From NCBI GenBank assembly GCA_963422265.1, contig OY729416.1:128001-192000 (forward strand): 64,000 bases of DNA. The letters are read 5' to 3'. Below, one piece after another: positions 54,262 to 64,000 of this stretch; positions within the stretch are counted from its first letter, which is position 1, and each line of letters starts with the position of its first letter. This DNA comes from Thermodesulfobacteriota bacterium. GTDB lineage: Bacteria; Desulfobacterota_D; UBA1144; Nemesobacterales; UBA2774. Position numbers and translations under genes: made by a program. Under the pieces are notes generated by a model that was given only the letters and a program-made list of their open reading frames with translations, searched no databases and had not been told where the DNA came from.

Positions 54262-55302
54262 TTAAAACGTGCTTATGTCTCCCTCACATCTTTTTGGACG
54301 GAATATGGCGTCATGGGTTGCAAGCGCGTAGGAGTCTGTCATAGAGGCTATAAAGTCACAGGCCGAGCGCTCTACAGACTCTCCTTCTAAGGACTCTCTA
54401 TCGTATAGCTTCCATAACTCGTTCTGATTCTTGCAAAAATACTCGTATAGTTCCCTTATTACCTTCTTTGCTTTATCAAAATTCTTCTTTATCTTTTCAT
54501 TCATATAAACTGTGCAAAAGAGGTAACGCCTTAATTCTAGCATAGCTTCCTCTATCTCCGCGCTAACTACTATCTTCTTTTCCTCGAGTTTTTTCGTCTC
54601 AAATATTATGTCCGTAACCATCCTGCCAATTCTTTGTGAGTTAGTAATGCCTAGTCTCTCGGTGCAGTTCTTAGGCACGTCCCCTGTAGTGATGATTCCC
54701 GCTCTTATAGCGTCATCTAGGTCATGGTTAGCATAGGCTACCAAATCTGCAATTCTGACGACTTGCCCTTCCATGGTTTCGGGTCGGTATTTAGGGTTAT
54801 CGATGCTTCCCATTCCCTTGGAGTGCTTGGCTATACCGTCTCTTACTTCGTGCGTAAGGTTCAGTCCTTTTTCTAACGTCTCAACTACTCTAAGGCTTTG
54901 TTCCACGTGCTTAAACCCTCCTGGAACTATGTCATTAAGCGTGGCTTCTCCGGCGTGTCCAAAGGGCGTATGTCCAAGGTCGTGCCCTAGTGCTATAGCT
55001 TCCGTAAGGTCTTCGTTTAATCTTAGGGCTTTGGAAATCGTTCTCGCTATTTGCGCAACTTCAATTACGTGCGTGAGTCTGGTTCTGTAGTGATCATTAG
55101 TGGGTGAAAGAAACACTTGGGTTTTATGCTTCATTCTTCTAAAGGCTTTAGAGTGTATGATTCTGTCCCTATCTCTCTGAAAATCTGTGCGGATGTTACA
55201 AGGCTCTTCGGGCTTTAATCTACCTTTGCTCTCAGCGCTCAAAGCCGCAAAAGCCGAGAGGGTATTTCTTTCAACTTCTTCAAGTTGCTTCCTTATGTTC
55301 AA
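54262..55302 (-). CDS. dgt: Deoxyguanosinetriphosphate triphosphohydrolase
   Basis: [53 protein letters not shown]. Confidence 0.95.
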   Translation of the reverse strand: MNIRKQLEEVERNTLSAFAALSAESKGRLKPEEPCNIRTDFQRDRDRIIHSKAFRRMKHKTQVFLSPTNDHYRTRLTHVIEVAQIARTISKALRLNEDLTEAIALGHDLGHTPFGHAGEATLNDIVPGGFKHVEQSLRVVETLEKGLNLTHEVRDGIAKHSKGMGSIDNPKYRPETMEGQVVRIADLVAYANHDLDDAIRAGIITTGDVPKNCTERLGITNSQRIGRMVTDIIFETKKLEEKKIVVSAEIEEAMLELRRYLFCTVYMNEKIKKNFDKAKKVIRELYEYFCKNQNELWKLYDRESLEGESVERSACDFIASMTDSYALATHDAIFRPKRCEGDISTF

Positions 55303-55321
55303 TTTATTGCTCCCTTATATG

Positions 55322-56080
55322 CTATAACCTTATTGTTACTCCGTTTTCCGCTAAGACCTTTTTTGCCTGCATTATCGTATATTCCCCGTAGTGAAAAATG
55401 GAAGCGGCTAGCACTGCGTCAGCCTCTCCTTCCTTAACCCCTTCGCAGAGGTGCTGGAGGTTTCCCACTCCCCCCGAGGCGATAACTGGTATGGAGACTG
55501 AGCGTGAGACGCTTTTTGTAAGTTCAAGGTCGTATCCTAATTTAGTCCCGTCCCTGTCCATGCTGGTAAGCAGTATTTCCCCAGCGCCGTTTTTCTCCAT
55601 CCTCTGCGCCCATTCTACGGCGTCAATGCCAGTTAGGTTCCTGCCCCCGTGTGTATATACCTCCCATTTGTCATTAGAGGAGCATCTTGCGTCAATTGCG
55701 ACTACTATGCACTGGCTACCGAATTTGTCTCCTGCCTCTTTGATAAATTCAGGTTCTTTAACCGCAGCCGTGTTGATAGATACCTTATCCGCTCCTGCTA
55801 AGAGAAGCTTCCTAACGTCGTTTATACTTCTGATCCCTCCGCCTACGGTAAGGGGAACAAACACCTCGCTAGCAGTCTTTTCCACGACCCCGATCATTGT
55901 TTTCCTCTCTTCGTGAGAAGCTGTAATGTCAAGAAAGCAGACTTCATCAGCCCCCTGCTGGCTATATTGTTTGGCGATCTCGACCGGATCCCCGGCGTCT
56001 CTAAGGTTCACGAAGTTGACCCCCTTAACTACCCTCCCGTCTTTAACGTCTAGGCATGGAATTATTCTTTTTGATAGCAT
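55322..56080 (-). CDS. hisF: Imidazole glycerol phosphate synthase subunit HisF
   Basis: [32 protein letters not shown]. Confidence 0.98.
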   Translation of the reverse strand: MLSKRIIPCLDVKDGRVVKGVNFVNLRDAGDPVEIAKQYSQQGADEVCFLDITASHEERKTMIGVVEKTASEVFVPLTVGGGIRSINDVRKLLLAGADKVSINTAAVKEPEFIKEAGDKFGSQCIVVAIDARCSSNDKWEVYTHGGRNLTGIDAVEWAQRMEKNGAGEILLTSMDRDGTKLGYDLELTKSVSRSVSIPVIASGGVGNLQHLCEGVKEGEADAVLAASIFHYGEYTIMQAKKVLAENGVTIRL

Positions 56081-56803
56081 TTATCCATACCATTTTACCG
56101 CTTTTTTGAGGTCAATTGATCCAGTGTATATCGATTTGCCTAGAATCACCCCGTATAGGCTGAGGGTTTCAATGGTCGATAGTTTATCAAGGTCGTCCAT
56201 CGTAGCTATACCGCCAGATGCTATTACTGGAATTGGGGATAGTCTTATAAAATTTTTTACTGATTCAAGATTTACCCCTTCCATTGTACCGTCTCTATCT
56301 ACGTTAGTATGTAGGATGACTGAAACCCCGGCGTTTTTTAGGTCTTTGAGCACTTCAGACTTATCTACGTCTAATGTTTCTCTCCATCCCTTTACCGCTA
56401 TTTTTCCGTTCTTAGTATCTATGCCTACAGCGACCTTGCTGGGAAATTCGTCACAAGCCCGCTTTAGAAAATCTTGATCGCTGAATGCGGCGGTGCCTAT
56501 AATAACTCTTCCCACTCCCTTATTTATATACGTTCTTACGGTTTCAACGTTTCTTATTCCTCCCCCGACCTGAACCGAGCAAGAAACGGAGTTTATAATT
56601 TCTGTTACTAAGTCTAAGTTCTTAGGTTCTCCTGTGAATGCGCCATCAAGGTCAACTACGTGTATCCAACTAGCACCGCAAGATTCCCATTTTTTGGCAG
56701 TTTCTATCAGGTCTTCTGAAAATACGATTTCGGTTCCCTCTTCGCCTCTTAACAACCTTACGCATTTCCCATTTTTTATATCTATTGCCGGGATTATTAG
56801 CAT
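56081..56803 (-). CDS. hisA: ProFAR isomerase HisA
   Basis: [36 protein letters not shown]. Confidence 0.97.
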   Translation of the reverse strand: MLIIPAIDIKNGKCVRLLRGEEGTEIVFSEDLIETAKKWESCGASWIHVVDLDGAFTGEPKNLDLVTEIINSVSCSVQVGGGIRNVETVRTYINKGVGRVIIGTAAFSDQDFLKRACDEFPSKVAVGIDTKNGKIAVKGWRETLDVDKSEVLKDLKNAGVSVILHTNVDRDGTMEGVNLESVKNFIRLSPIPVIASGGIATMDDLDKLSTIETLSLYGVILGKSIYTGSIDLKKAVKWYG

Positions 56804-57081
56804 CTAGTTTTCCAATAAAGAATTCGTTAAACCACTTCGGATGACTGAAACGGTCAACAGAACCTTTACTTAAGAACCTTTACTTATGATTAAAATTATG
56901 TGTTTCTAACAAATTAGGAAAGTTAGTTTTGTATAGCTGGTTTTTGATTGTAAAAGATATTCTAACACGTAATTGTTTACGAGTCTATCTATTTATGTAG
57001 CTTAGCTAGACACTTTCCTATCTATAACCGCTCACTTCACGATTTGAATTTTCAATTGTTTTAATTCAACATAGTGAGTAT

Positions 57082-57489
57082 ATGAACTTTTGGCTCGTTA
57101 AATCAGAACCATTTAAGTACTCATGGGACGACCTAGTTAAAGATGGTTGGACGTATTGGGACGGGGTCAGAAACTATCAGGCGAGAAATAATCTTAAAGC
57201 TATGAAAAAAGGAGACTTTGTTCTCTATTATCACAGCAATAAAGGCTTAGAGATTGTCGGCGTTGCTAAGGTAGCAAGAGAGTCTTACCAAGATCCCACG
57301 ACTGAGGATGACAGATGGGTAGTAGTTGATTTAGAGCCAGTTCATGCCCTTGATCATCCTGTATCGTTATCACAAATAAAAAGCAATAGGCATCTTAAAG
57401 ACGTTGCTCTTATAAAGCAAAGCCGCCTCTCTGTGATGCCCATCACTAAGAAGGAATATGACGTCATAATGAAAGAAGGAATGAAATGA
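57082..57489 (+). CDS. EVE domain protein
   Basis: WLVKSEP, WDGVRNYQARNNL, YYHS, SRLSV. Confidence 0.95.
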   Translation: MNFWLVKSEPFKYSWDDLVKDGWTYWDGVRNYQARNNLKAMKKGDFVLYYHSNKGLEIVGVAKVARESYQDPTTEDDRWVVVDLEPVHALDHPVSLSQIKSNRHLKDVALIKQSRLSVMPITKKEYDVIMKEGMK

Positions 57490-57538
57490 AACTAGGTCAC
57501 TTTGCAAAGCAAAGCCTTCAAACCGTCGTGCTTTAGAT

Positions 57539-58495
57539 ATGTCGCTATCATCCGAGGAAAACAGTCTGATAGATAGAATGCTTAGGGGGGACCGTGCGGC
57601 GCTTGCGCGTCTTATAACGTTTGCGGAGACCCGCCGTGATTCTCTTCCCCATATTTTGAAGCTCTTAAAGGTTAAGCGGGGTGCTCGTGCCTATGTAGTT
57701 GGTCTAACTGGTCCCCCAGGAGCTGGTAAGAGCACCTTGACTAATAGGATGATAGAGTGCTACAGGAAGTCAGGCAAGAGGATCGGCGTTATAGCGATTG
57801 ATCCCTCAAGCCCATTCAGCGGCGGGGCGATTTTAGGCGATAGGGTCCGTATGCAGGATCATTCAATGGATGATAGGGTGTTTATAAGAAGCATAAGCAG
57901 CGGTGGAGCGCACGGGGGGATTTCAAGGGCTACAAAGGAGATAATAAAGCTTTACGACGCGTTTGGCATGGATTACGTCATTATTGAAACCGTAGGCGTA
58001 GGGCAGACTGAGCTTGACGTCGTAGAGCTAGCTGATACGGTAGTAGTAGTGCTAGTTCCAGAGGCTGGGGATTCTATTCAAACAATGAAGGCGGGGCTTA
58101 TGGAGATAGCCGATATCTTCGTCGTAAATAAAGCGGATAGGGATGGGGCTAAGGTTCTGTTGGCTGAGTTGATTGATACGATTTCAACAAGAGCGATCGA
58201 TTCTGATTGGAAAACTCCAGTTATGCTTACGAGCGCGGCGCAGGATCAAGGCGTTGAGGTTTTAATGCGTAGCGTTGAAGCGCATCTCGAATACCAGGAA
58301 GAACGTGGCTCTCTTGAGCGAAAAAGAGAGAAAAGAAGAGAAGAAGAATTTTCACAGATAGTCCATGAGTTGCTGGAGCGAGAAATTTCTGAGAAGCTGA
58401 AGAGTGAAGAGTTCAAGAAGATTTATAATTCGGTTAAGATGGGTGAGCGTGATCCTTATGAAGCAGCCCGCAAGTTAGTCTCAAAGATTATTTAG
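57539..58495 (+). CDS. meaB: Methylmalonyl-CoA mutase-associated GTPase MeaB/ArgK
   Basis: TGPPGAGKST, DPSSPFSGGAILGDRVRM, ETVGVGQ, KAGLMEIAD, NKAD. Confidence 0.95.
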   Translation: MSLSSEENSLIDRMLRGDRAALARLITFAETRRDSLPHILKLLKVKRGARAYVVGLTGPPGAGKSTLTNRMIECYRKSGKRIGVIAIDPSSPFSGGAILGDRVRMQDHSMDDRVFIRSISSGGAHGGISRATKEIIKLYDAFGMDYVIIETVGVGQTELDVVELADTVVVVLVPEAGDSIQTMKAGLMEIADIFVVNKADRDGAKVLLAELIDTISTRAIDSDWKTPVMLTSAAQDQGVEVLMRSVEAHLEYQEERGSLERKREKRREEEFSQIVHELLEREISEKLKSEEFKKIYNSVKMGERDPYEAARKLVSKII

Positions 58496-58531
58496 GTAAC
58501 AATAAGTAGGTATGTTAGTCGGTTATTTTCT

Positions 58532-59203
58532 ATGAAGGCTCTTATCGATTCTGATTCTAAGGCGGATGATAGCGAAAGATATGAGGCAATGCGCCGGAAA
58601 ATGGTAGAAGATCAGATAATACGTCGGGGAATACGGAACAATAGGGTTATTCAGGCAATGTTACAGGTTCCTAGGCACGCCTTCGCTCCACTGGAATTAA
58701 AGGAATCTTCATATAACGATAACCCTATACCTATAGATTCTGGGCAAACGATTTCACAGCCCTACATAGTAGCGCTTATGACGGAGTTGCTAAATCCGGA
58801 GCCGAGGGCGAAGATTCTCGAAATAGGAACAGGTTCTGGATACCAGACGGCGGTTCTTAGAGAAACTGGGTGTGAATTGTGGACAATCGAGATTCTTAAG
58901 GAGTTGGCGCTCAAGGCGCAAAGTTTACTGCAGAAACTGGGTTGTGATCATATTGAGTATAAAATCGGGGACGGGTATATGGGGTGGGGTGAATATGCTC
59001 CCTACGATGGAATAATAGTAACAGCGGCTCCTAAACGTATTCCTCACAAACTTGTGGAACAACTGAAAGAGGGCTGCAAAATGGTTATTCCTGTGGGCTA
59101 CGTTAATCAGGAGCTTGTTCTGTTAGAAAAGTTGAGGGATGAGGTAATAACCAAAAGGGTTACTTCGGTTAAGTTTGTTCCTATGACTGATGATAGAGCA
59201 TAG
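58532..59203 (+). CDS. pcm: Protein-L-isoaspartate O-methyltransferase
   Basis: VPRHAF, GQTISQPYIV, LEIGTGSGYQ, APYDGIIVTAA. Confidence 0.97.
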   Translation: MKALIDSDSKADDSERYEAMRRKMVEDQIIRRGIRNNRVIQAMLQVPRHAFAPLELKESSYNDNPIPIDSGQTISQPYIVALMTELLNPEPRAKILEIGTGSGYQTAVLRETGCELWTIEILKELALKAQSLLQKLGCDHIEYKIGDGYMGWGEYAPYDGIIVTAAPKRIPHKLVEQLKEGCKMVIPVGYVNQELVLLEKLRDEVITKRVTSVKFVPMTDDRA

Positions 59204-59280
59204 TCCACCTATAAATCCGTCAGGCTTTTATAAGGGCGACTTATAGTCTATATTAAACTGCAACGTCAATTCACGCTTAA

Positions 59281-60798
59281 ATGAGTTTTATGCCTAACCT
59301 AATACTGATAAACGTAACTTATAATGAGACCAGAGTCGCCGTGATGGAGAATGGGTCAGTCGCAGAGCTTTATATTGAGAGAAAATCTACGCCAAGGATG
59401 GTCGGGAACGTTTATCAAGGGGTAGTAACTAAGGTTATGCCGGGAATGCAGGCTGCTTTCGTTGATATAGGACGTGGAAAATCCGGGTTTATATCTGTGG
59501 AAGACGTGCGGGAAGAATCTATTTATGAGTTCTTCTTTGATGAAGAAGGGACGACGTTGCCGAGTCCCATCGGGGAACGGAATGGTGGAAAGGATCACAG
59601 CCTAATTCAGGACGTGTTAAAGGAGGGGCGTCGCGTCATTGTTCAGGCGCTAAAAGAACCCGTTGGAGGGAAGGGGTCAAAGCTCTCATCCTATATAGCC
59701 ATTCCGGGCAAATATCTAGTGTTGCTTGGAAACGTGGATATGGTGGGCGTATCGAGGAAGATCGAGGAAGTTGAAGAAAGAGAACGTCTCAAAACGTCTA
59801 TAAAAGGGGTCAAGCCTAAAGGCATGGGGCTCATCGCTAGAACGGTTAGCGTGGGAGTATCTGAAGAAGAGCTTAACAAGGATATGAGCATGCTTATTCA
59901 AATCTGGAATGATATCAAAAAGAAGAGTAATGGACAAAGGGGGACGGCGTTACTTTACAAAGAGCCTAAGCTTTATATAAAGGCGGTGAGGGACTTTGTC
60001 TCAAAGGATACAAGCGCCGTTCTGGTGGACTCAGAGGTCGTCTATGGGGAGATTACGGATTATTTGAGTCATGCTTCTCCCAATTCCAGTGGCGTAAATG
60101 TCGAACTGTATAAGAAAACCAAACCTATTTTTTCTGAGTTCGGCGTTGAGGACGAGATAAAAAGGGTTTTTCAAAAGAAAGTATGGTTAAAATCGGGCGG
60201 TTATATAATTATAGAAGAGGCGGAGGGGTTAACGGTAGTGGACGTTAATACGGGCAGGTATGATAGCGGCAAGAATCAGGAGGAGACTATTTATCATATT
60301 AACGTTGAGGCTGCTTCAGAGATTGTCAGGCAAATAAGGCTTAGGAACCTTGTAGGCATTGTGGTGATAGATTTTATTGACGTAAGGAGCAAGGAGCTCA
60401 GGGATAGTATTTACGAGGCGTTTGTCGAAGCCTTGAAAAAGGACAGGGCTAAGTCAGTAGTGCTTGAGATGTCGCCTTATGGAGTCATTCAGTTGACGCG
60501 TCAGCGGTTGAGAGAAAGCCTTTTATCGGAACTCGCTGAACCTTGCTATCTTTGCAAAGGGGCTGGGTATCTGAAATCTAGGCACACGGTAGCTTATGAG
60601 ATTATTAGAGACGTTAAAGCGCATTTGGCGGATTCTTCCGTCCAAAAGCTAACTATACACGCAACCCCAACCGTGCTTAAAGCTATAAGAGAGCCTGAGC
60701 AAGATAACGTGGAGAGGCTTGAGCAGGAGCACAAAATTCAGATTGCCTATAAAGAAATGGATTCAAGGATTGAAAAATATCAGATAGTTACGGAGTAG
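59281..60798 (+). CDS. rng: Ribonuclease G (Rne/Rng family)
   Basis: GNVYQG...PGMQAAFVDIG, DVNTG, RLRNLVGIVVIDFID, CxxC zinc link; 505 aa with no RNase E tail. Confidence 0.93.
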   Translation: MSFMPNLILINVTYNETRVAVMENGSVAELYIERKSTPRMVGNVYQGVVTKVMPGMQAAFVDIGRGKSGFISVEDVREESIYEFFFDEEGTTLPSPIGERNGGKDHSLIQDVLKEGRRVIVQALKEPVGGKGSKLSSYIAIPGKYLVLLGNVDMVGVSRKIEEVEERERLKTSIKGVKPKGMGLIARTVSVGVSEEELNKDMSMLIQIWNDIKKKSNGQRGTALLYKEPKLYIKAVRDFVSKDTSAVLVDSEVVYGEITDYLSHASPNSSGVNVELYKKTKPIFSEFGVEDEIKRVFQKKVWLKSGGYIIIEEAEGLTVVDVNTGRYDSGKNQEETIYHINVEAASEIVRQIRLRNLVGIVVIDFIDVRSKELRDSIYEAFVEALKKDRAKSVVLEMSPYGVIQLTRQRLRESLLSELAEPCYLCKGAGYLKSRHTVAYEIIRDVKAHLADSSVQKLTIHATPTVLKAIREPEQDNVERLEQEHKIQIAYKEMDSRIEKYQIVTE

Positions 60799-60854
60799 CT
60801 TACGCAAGGGAGGGCTATATCCCCCCCCTAATTCGTCAAGCGAGATAATTCATA

Positions 60855-61295
60855 ATGAGTCGGGAGTCCCTAGAAGTTTTATATCACGTCGCAATTGCGG
60901 TTAACAACATAGAAGAAGTTGAAAAAACCTATGAGGCTGCGCTTGGATTAGAGGTTCAACATCGAGAAACTATAGAGGATCAGGGCGTTAAAACGTCTAT
61001 GCTATTGCCCAAGAAAGGCGGGACCGCAATTGAGCTTCTTGAACCTCTAAATGAGAATTCGCCTATATCAAAATTTTTGCGTAAGCGGGGTGAAGGCATA
61101 CACCATATTTGTTTTCTTGTAACCGACGTCAAAGCTGCGCTTGAAAGACTCAAGAATAAAGGGGTTAGGTTAATAGATGAGGAGCCTCGTAAGGGAGCTT
61201 ATAGTTCCAAGGTCGCCTTTATTCATCCGAAAGATACAAACGGCGTTCTGATAGAACTTGCCGAGCGGAACTCTGAAGCGCTCCCTGGCAGCTAA
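60855..61295 (+). CDS. mce: Methylmalonyl-CoA epimerase
   Basis: HVAIAV, IELLEP, GEGIHHICF, AFIHPKDTNGVLIEL. Confidence 0.92.
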   Translation: MSRESLEVLYHVAIAVNNIEEVEKTYEAALGLEVQHRETIEDQGVKTSMLLPKKGGTAIELLEPLNENSPISKFLRKRGEGIHHICFLVTDVKAALERLKNKGVRLIDEEPRKGAYSSKVAFIHPKDTNGVLIELAERNSEALPGS

Positions 61296-61298
61296 ACG

Positions 61299-61790
61299 CT
61301 TAGGGGGGCAACCCTTTTCTGCTTAAATTTGTCCCCGCCTTCGATCGAAATGACGGTGGAAATAGTCATTTACTCCTCATTCTCGACTTGATTAGAGGCC
61401 TAGCCTTGTAGGCGCGTGGGGAGTGAATTCCATTCTCCGTCATTCCTGTCCTCGAGTGAGAATCCGAAAGGTGAAACAGGGAACGAGGATATTCCTTACA
61501 TGTATTTCCCCTTTAGGAAAGGGGGGTATGGGGGGATTTGTTCTTTAATCCTTTATATTCACAGCCCATCATTTCATCCCAAAAATCTATGTTCCTGCCT
61601 CCTAGCAGGGAACAGTTCAGGCTTTCTTTTCCCCTCTCCTAGAGGGAGAGGGATGCAGGGTGAGGGTGCTTTTGTCATTCCCGCCCCCGAGTGGGAATCC
61701 AGAAAGGGGATCGGGGGACGAGTATCCCTTCCTTATTTCCCATCCCATTCCTTACTAGATTCCTGCTTCAGTAGGAATGACGAAAGGGAA
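61299..61790. repeat. Mosaic of REP-like palindromic repeats
   Basis: TAGGGGGGCAACCCTT, CCCCTTTAGGAAAGGGGGGTATGGGGGGATTT, CCCCTCTCCTAGAGGGAGAGGG...GGGTGAGGG, and GTCATTCCCGCCCCCGAGTGGGAATCC (61674-61700) with inverted partner AGATTCCTGCTTCAGTAGGAATGAC (61757-61781). Confidence 0.85.
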
Positions 61791-62173
61791 ACGCGGAGTT
61801 TTTCTAAAACCCAAATCTTTCTCTTTGTCCATCTTCCCCAAGATGGATTGAGCAAAATATAGTTCCCGTTGAATTTATTACCCTCAGCTCTGAGCAGAAT
61901 CTTTATCTTATTTTTAGTTTCTAACTGAAACTGCCCTTCATCCCAGATTGTATAGTCGCCTTCATTGTTGATGCTATTACTTATAATATCTGTTTCTTTA
62001 TCCCGGCAGGCATTACTTTGTTGAACGGCAAGCCTTCTTTGACCCGTTAGCTCTGGAATCCCATTGTATATATTCCATGACCTTGTTTGATTCTCAGGGT
62101 AGTGGAGCATTAGGCTATAGTAAAAACAGGGTGTGTTATGCTTTCGCACCTCAAACCTAAAGGTTTCTCTCAT
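61733..62173 (-). CDS. Stand-alone LigD 3'-phosphoesterase-like domain protein, catalytically degenerate
   Basis: FEVRKH...YYSLML...RSWNI..G....QRRLAVQ...IWDEG...GNKFNGNYILL...WVLEK aligns by eye with the LigD PE domain; overlaps the coaX stop. Confidence 0.7.
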   Translation of the reverse strand: MRETFRFEVRKHNTPCFYYSLMLHYPENQTRSWNIYNGIPELTGQRRLAVQQSNACRDKETDIISNSINNEGDYTIWDEGQFQLETKNKIKILLRAEGNKFNGNYILLNPSWGRWTKRKIWVLEKLRVSLSSFLLKQESSKEWDGK

Positions 62174-62930
62174 GTATAAGCCTTAATCCTCTTAGGGTCA
62201 AAAACTCGTCCGCGCATTCAATCGTCTTACTTTCGGATGCAATGAATTTTGCAATACCCCCAGTGGAGATGACGCCAGCGACTGAACCCATTTCAGTTTT
62301 GATTTTCTCTACTATGCTATCGACCAAGCCTGCGTATCCGTGCACTAATCCAGATTGAATGCTTTCAACTGTGCTCTTTCCTATTACGTTTGGCGGTTTG
62401 CGAATTTCCACTCTTGGCAAATTAGACGCTTCCTGATATAAGGCTTCTGCTGAAATTATGAGCCCGGGTGTGATTACGCCCCCTAGGTATTCCCCTTTCT
62501 CTGATATACAGTCAAACGTTGTGGCGGTGCCAAAATCTACTACTATTACTCCCCCCCCTTTTCCTCTTTGTCTCTCAAATGCAGCGACGCCGTTTACGAT
62601 CCTGTCAGCTCCTACTTCCTTGGGATTGTGGTATAGAACGGGCATGCCCGTTTTAACGCCGGGAGCAATGATTAGGGGACGGGCATAGAAATAATTTTCT
62701 ATTGCCTCTGAAATAGTGGCGAGCATTGTAGGAACCACGCATGAAACGGCTGCTCCTTCTACGGATTTAACGTCAATCTCTTTGTTATTGAGTAAGTGCC
62801 TAAACAAAATGCCAAATTCATCAGAAGTCTTGGATTTATCCGTCCCTATTCTCCAGTGAGACTTAATATCTTCGCCTTCAAACAAGCCGAAAACAATGTT
62901 AGTATTTCCGATATCTACGGCTAACAGCAT
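62157..62930 (-). CDS. coaX: Type III pantothenate kinase
   Basis: MLLAVDIGNTN, EVGADRIVN, VVDFGTATTFD, YLGGVITPG, LTLRGL; ATG 62930 follows GGGAGGGAG. Confidence 0.96.
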   Translation of the reverse strand: MLLAVDIGNTNIVFGLFEGEDIKSHWRIGTDKSKTSDEFGILFRHLLNNKEIDVKSVEGAAVSCVVPTMLATISEAIENYFYARPLIIAPGVKTGMPVLYHNPKEVGADRIVNGVAAFERQRGKGGGVIVVDFGTATTFDCISEKGEYLGGVITPGLIISAEALYQEASNLPRVEIRKPPNVIGKSTVESIQSGLVHGYAGLVDSIVEKIKTEMGSVAGVISTGGIAKFIASESKTIECADEFLTLRGLRLIHERNL

Positions 62931-63111
62931 GCTCCCTCCCCTTTTTGTATTATGCGCTTTAATTAGATAAGATGAGTTCCACAAGCCCTTCAGCCTTAAT
63001 GCTTAGTGACCTTGATAAACTGACGCGAAGTTAGCTGATCTTACCTAAATATCTCTCCCTTCTCAATGTTCGTTCACTTGGCTGTGAGTATGAGAAAAGG
63101 ATGGAATAATA

Positions 63112-64000
63112 ATGGGAAACTTCATAACGAACAACGCAACCAAGAGCCTCAAAAGGCGTTTGGTTGAGCTTATTGAAAAAAGTGAAGAGTTAAAGTTTCT
63201 AGTAGGTTTTTTCTACTTTTCAGGTATTGAGGAACTTCACAATGGAATAAAATCAAAACCTGAAGCCGTAATGAAGGTTCTTGTCGGCTTAAACGTTGAC
63301 CATTCAAACTTTGGGTTGATTGAGTTTGCAGAGGATGGAAAAACATCGGATCAAGAGAAGATTGATAAGTTTTGTGAATCCGTTAAAAAATCCCTGGATA
63401 CGGACGATTTTGACGTTAGGGAATTTTACGAGCAGGTCAGATTTTTTATTGATCTGATTCGTGAAGACAGGTTAATAATTCGTAAAACCTTTAAGCCCAA
63501 CCATGCCAAACTATACATATTCAAGCTTGATCAAAGTCAGGTCGGCAGGCGTAGCCTCTTTGTAACCGGTAGCAGTAATCTGACAAGATCCGGACTTTCT
63601 ATGCAGGATGAATTCAACGTAGAAATTGGCGACTACGGCTTTGAAGACGCCGAGAGCTATTTCGATGATCTATGGGACAGGGCTGTCAAAATAACGGAAT
63701 ACGAAGATACTAAAAAGAAACTGATTAAAATTGTTGAACAAGAGACACTGGTTAAGGAGGTTACCCCATTTGAGGCGTTTTGTCTTGTGTTAAAGACCTA
63801 TTTAGATTCATTCAAACAAAAAGATATTGGCGGATTACTCATAGAGATATTAGAGAAAAATGGATATAAGGAGTATAGATATCAGCTTGACGCCGTAGAG
63901 CAAGCGCTAGCTATAATTGAAAGCAATAACGGCGTAATAGTAGCCGACGTCGTTGGTCTTGGTAAAAGCGTTGTTGCCTGCGCAATTGCTAAGCATCTGA
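63112..64000 (+). CDS. PLD-like nuclease domain fused to an SF2/SNF2-type helicase (5' part; runs off the right edge)
   Basis: Not in the ORF track. My translation from ATG 63112 gives MGNFITNN...LVGFFYFSG...PNHAKLYIF...TGSSNLTRSGL...EFNV...YRYQLDAV...VIVADVVGLGKS (PLD HxK plus GSxN; helicase Q-motif and Walker A). Confidence 0.88.
   Translation, partial: MGNFITNNATKSLKRRLVELIEKSEELKFLVGFFYFSGIEELHNGIKSKPEAVMKVLVGLNVDHSNFGLIEFAEDGKTSDQEKIDKFCESVKKSLDTDDFDVREFYEQVRFFIDLIREDRLIIRKTFKPNHAKLYIFKLDQSQVGRRSLFVTGSSNLTRSGLSMQDEFNVEIGDYGFEDAESYFDDLWDRAVKITEYEDTKKKLIKIVEQETLVKEVTPFEAFCLVLKTYLDSFKQKDIGGLLIEILEKNGYKEYRYQLDAVEQALAIIESNNGVIVADVVGLGKSVVACAIAKHL

Noticed and set aside
56804-57081. His attenuator or leader peptide upstream of hisA
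   Set aside because: No His-codon-rich mini-ORF or terminator/antiterminator pair was seen, only a 14-bp duplication.
61416-61862. 148-aa plus-strand ORF
   Set aside because: It is translated repeat sequence (PSPRGRGMQGEG, VIPAPEWES) and overlaps the minus-strand LigD-PE-like gene.

Overview
64 kb of bacterial chromosome that is mostly housekeeping genes: smc (partial), dnaB, aroC, sucD, birA, greA, carB, argS, tolQ/tolR/TolA-like, dcd, gyrB, nuoG/nuoH, a TamB-like protein, rlpA, dapF, cofC, mqnA/mqnD, dgt, hisA/hisF, meaB, pcm, rng, mce and coaX. The organism is diderm (Tol and Tam systems) and has futalosine-pathway menaquinone genes and an F420-type cofC. The protein style suggests a Desulfobacterota/Dadabacteria-like lineage, possibly host-associated; this is inference, not checked. 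There are four accessory elements. (1) A ~1250-codon two-unit secreted GLUG-like protein gene (6953-10718) has a C24 tract in its signal-peptide region and a 16-bp tandem duplication that frameshifts it; it is bracketed by direct repeats built from several REP-like palindromes. (2) A decayed fibronectin type III gene remnant sits next to one of these repeats. (3) An AT-rich, translationally coupled three-gene cassette lies between gyrB and nuoH (TIGR04255-like protein, unknown protein, ART/RES-like protein); it is the best candidate for an undescribed toxin-antitoxin-chaperone-like defence system. (4) At the right end are a catalytically degenerate stand-alone LigD phosphoesterase-like gene and the start of a PLD-nuclease/SF2-helicase gene. 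I recognised no tRNA, rRNA, CRISPR array, integrase or transposase. All family calls come from motif recognition by eye, not from database searches.
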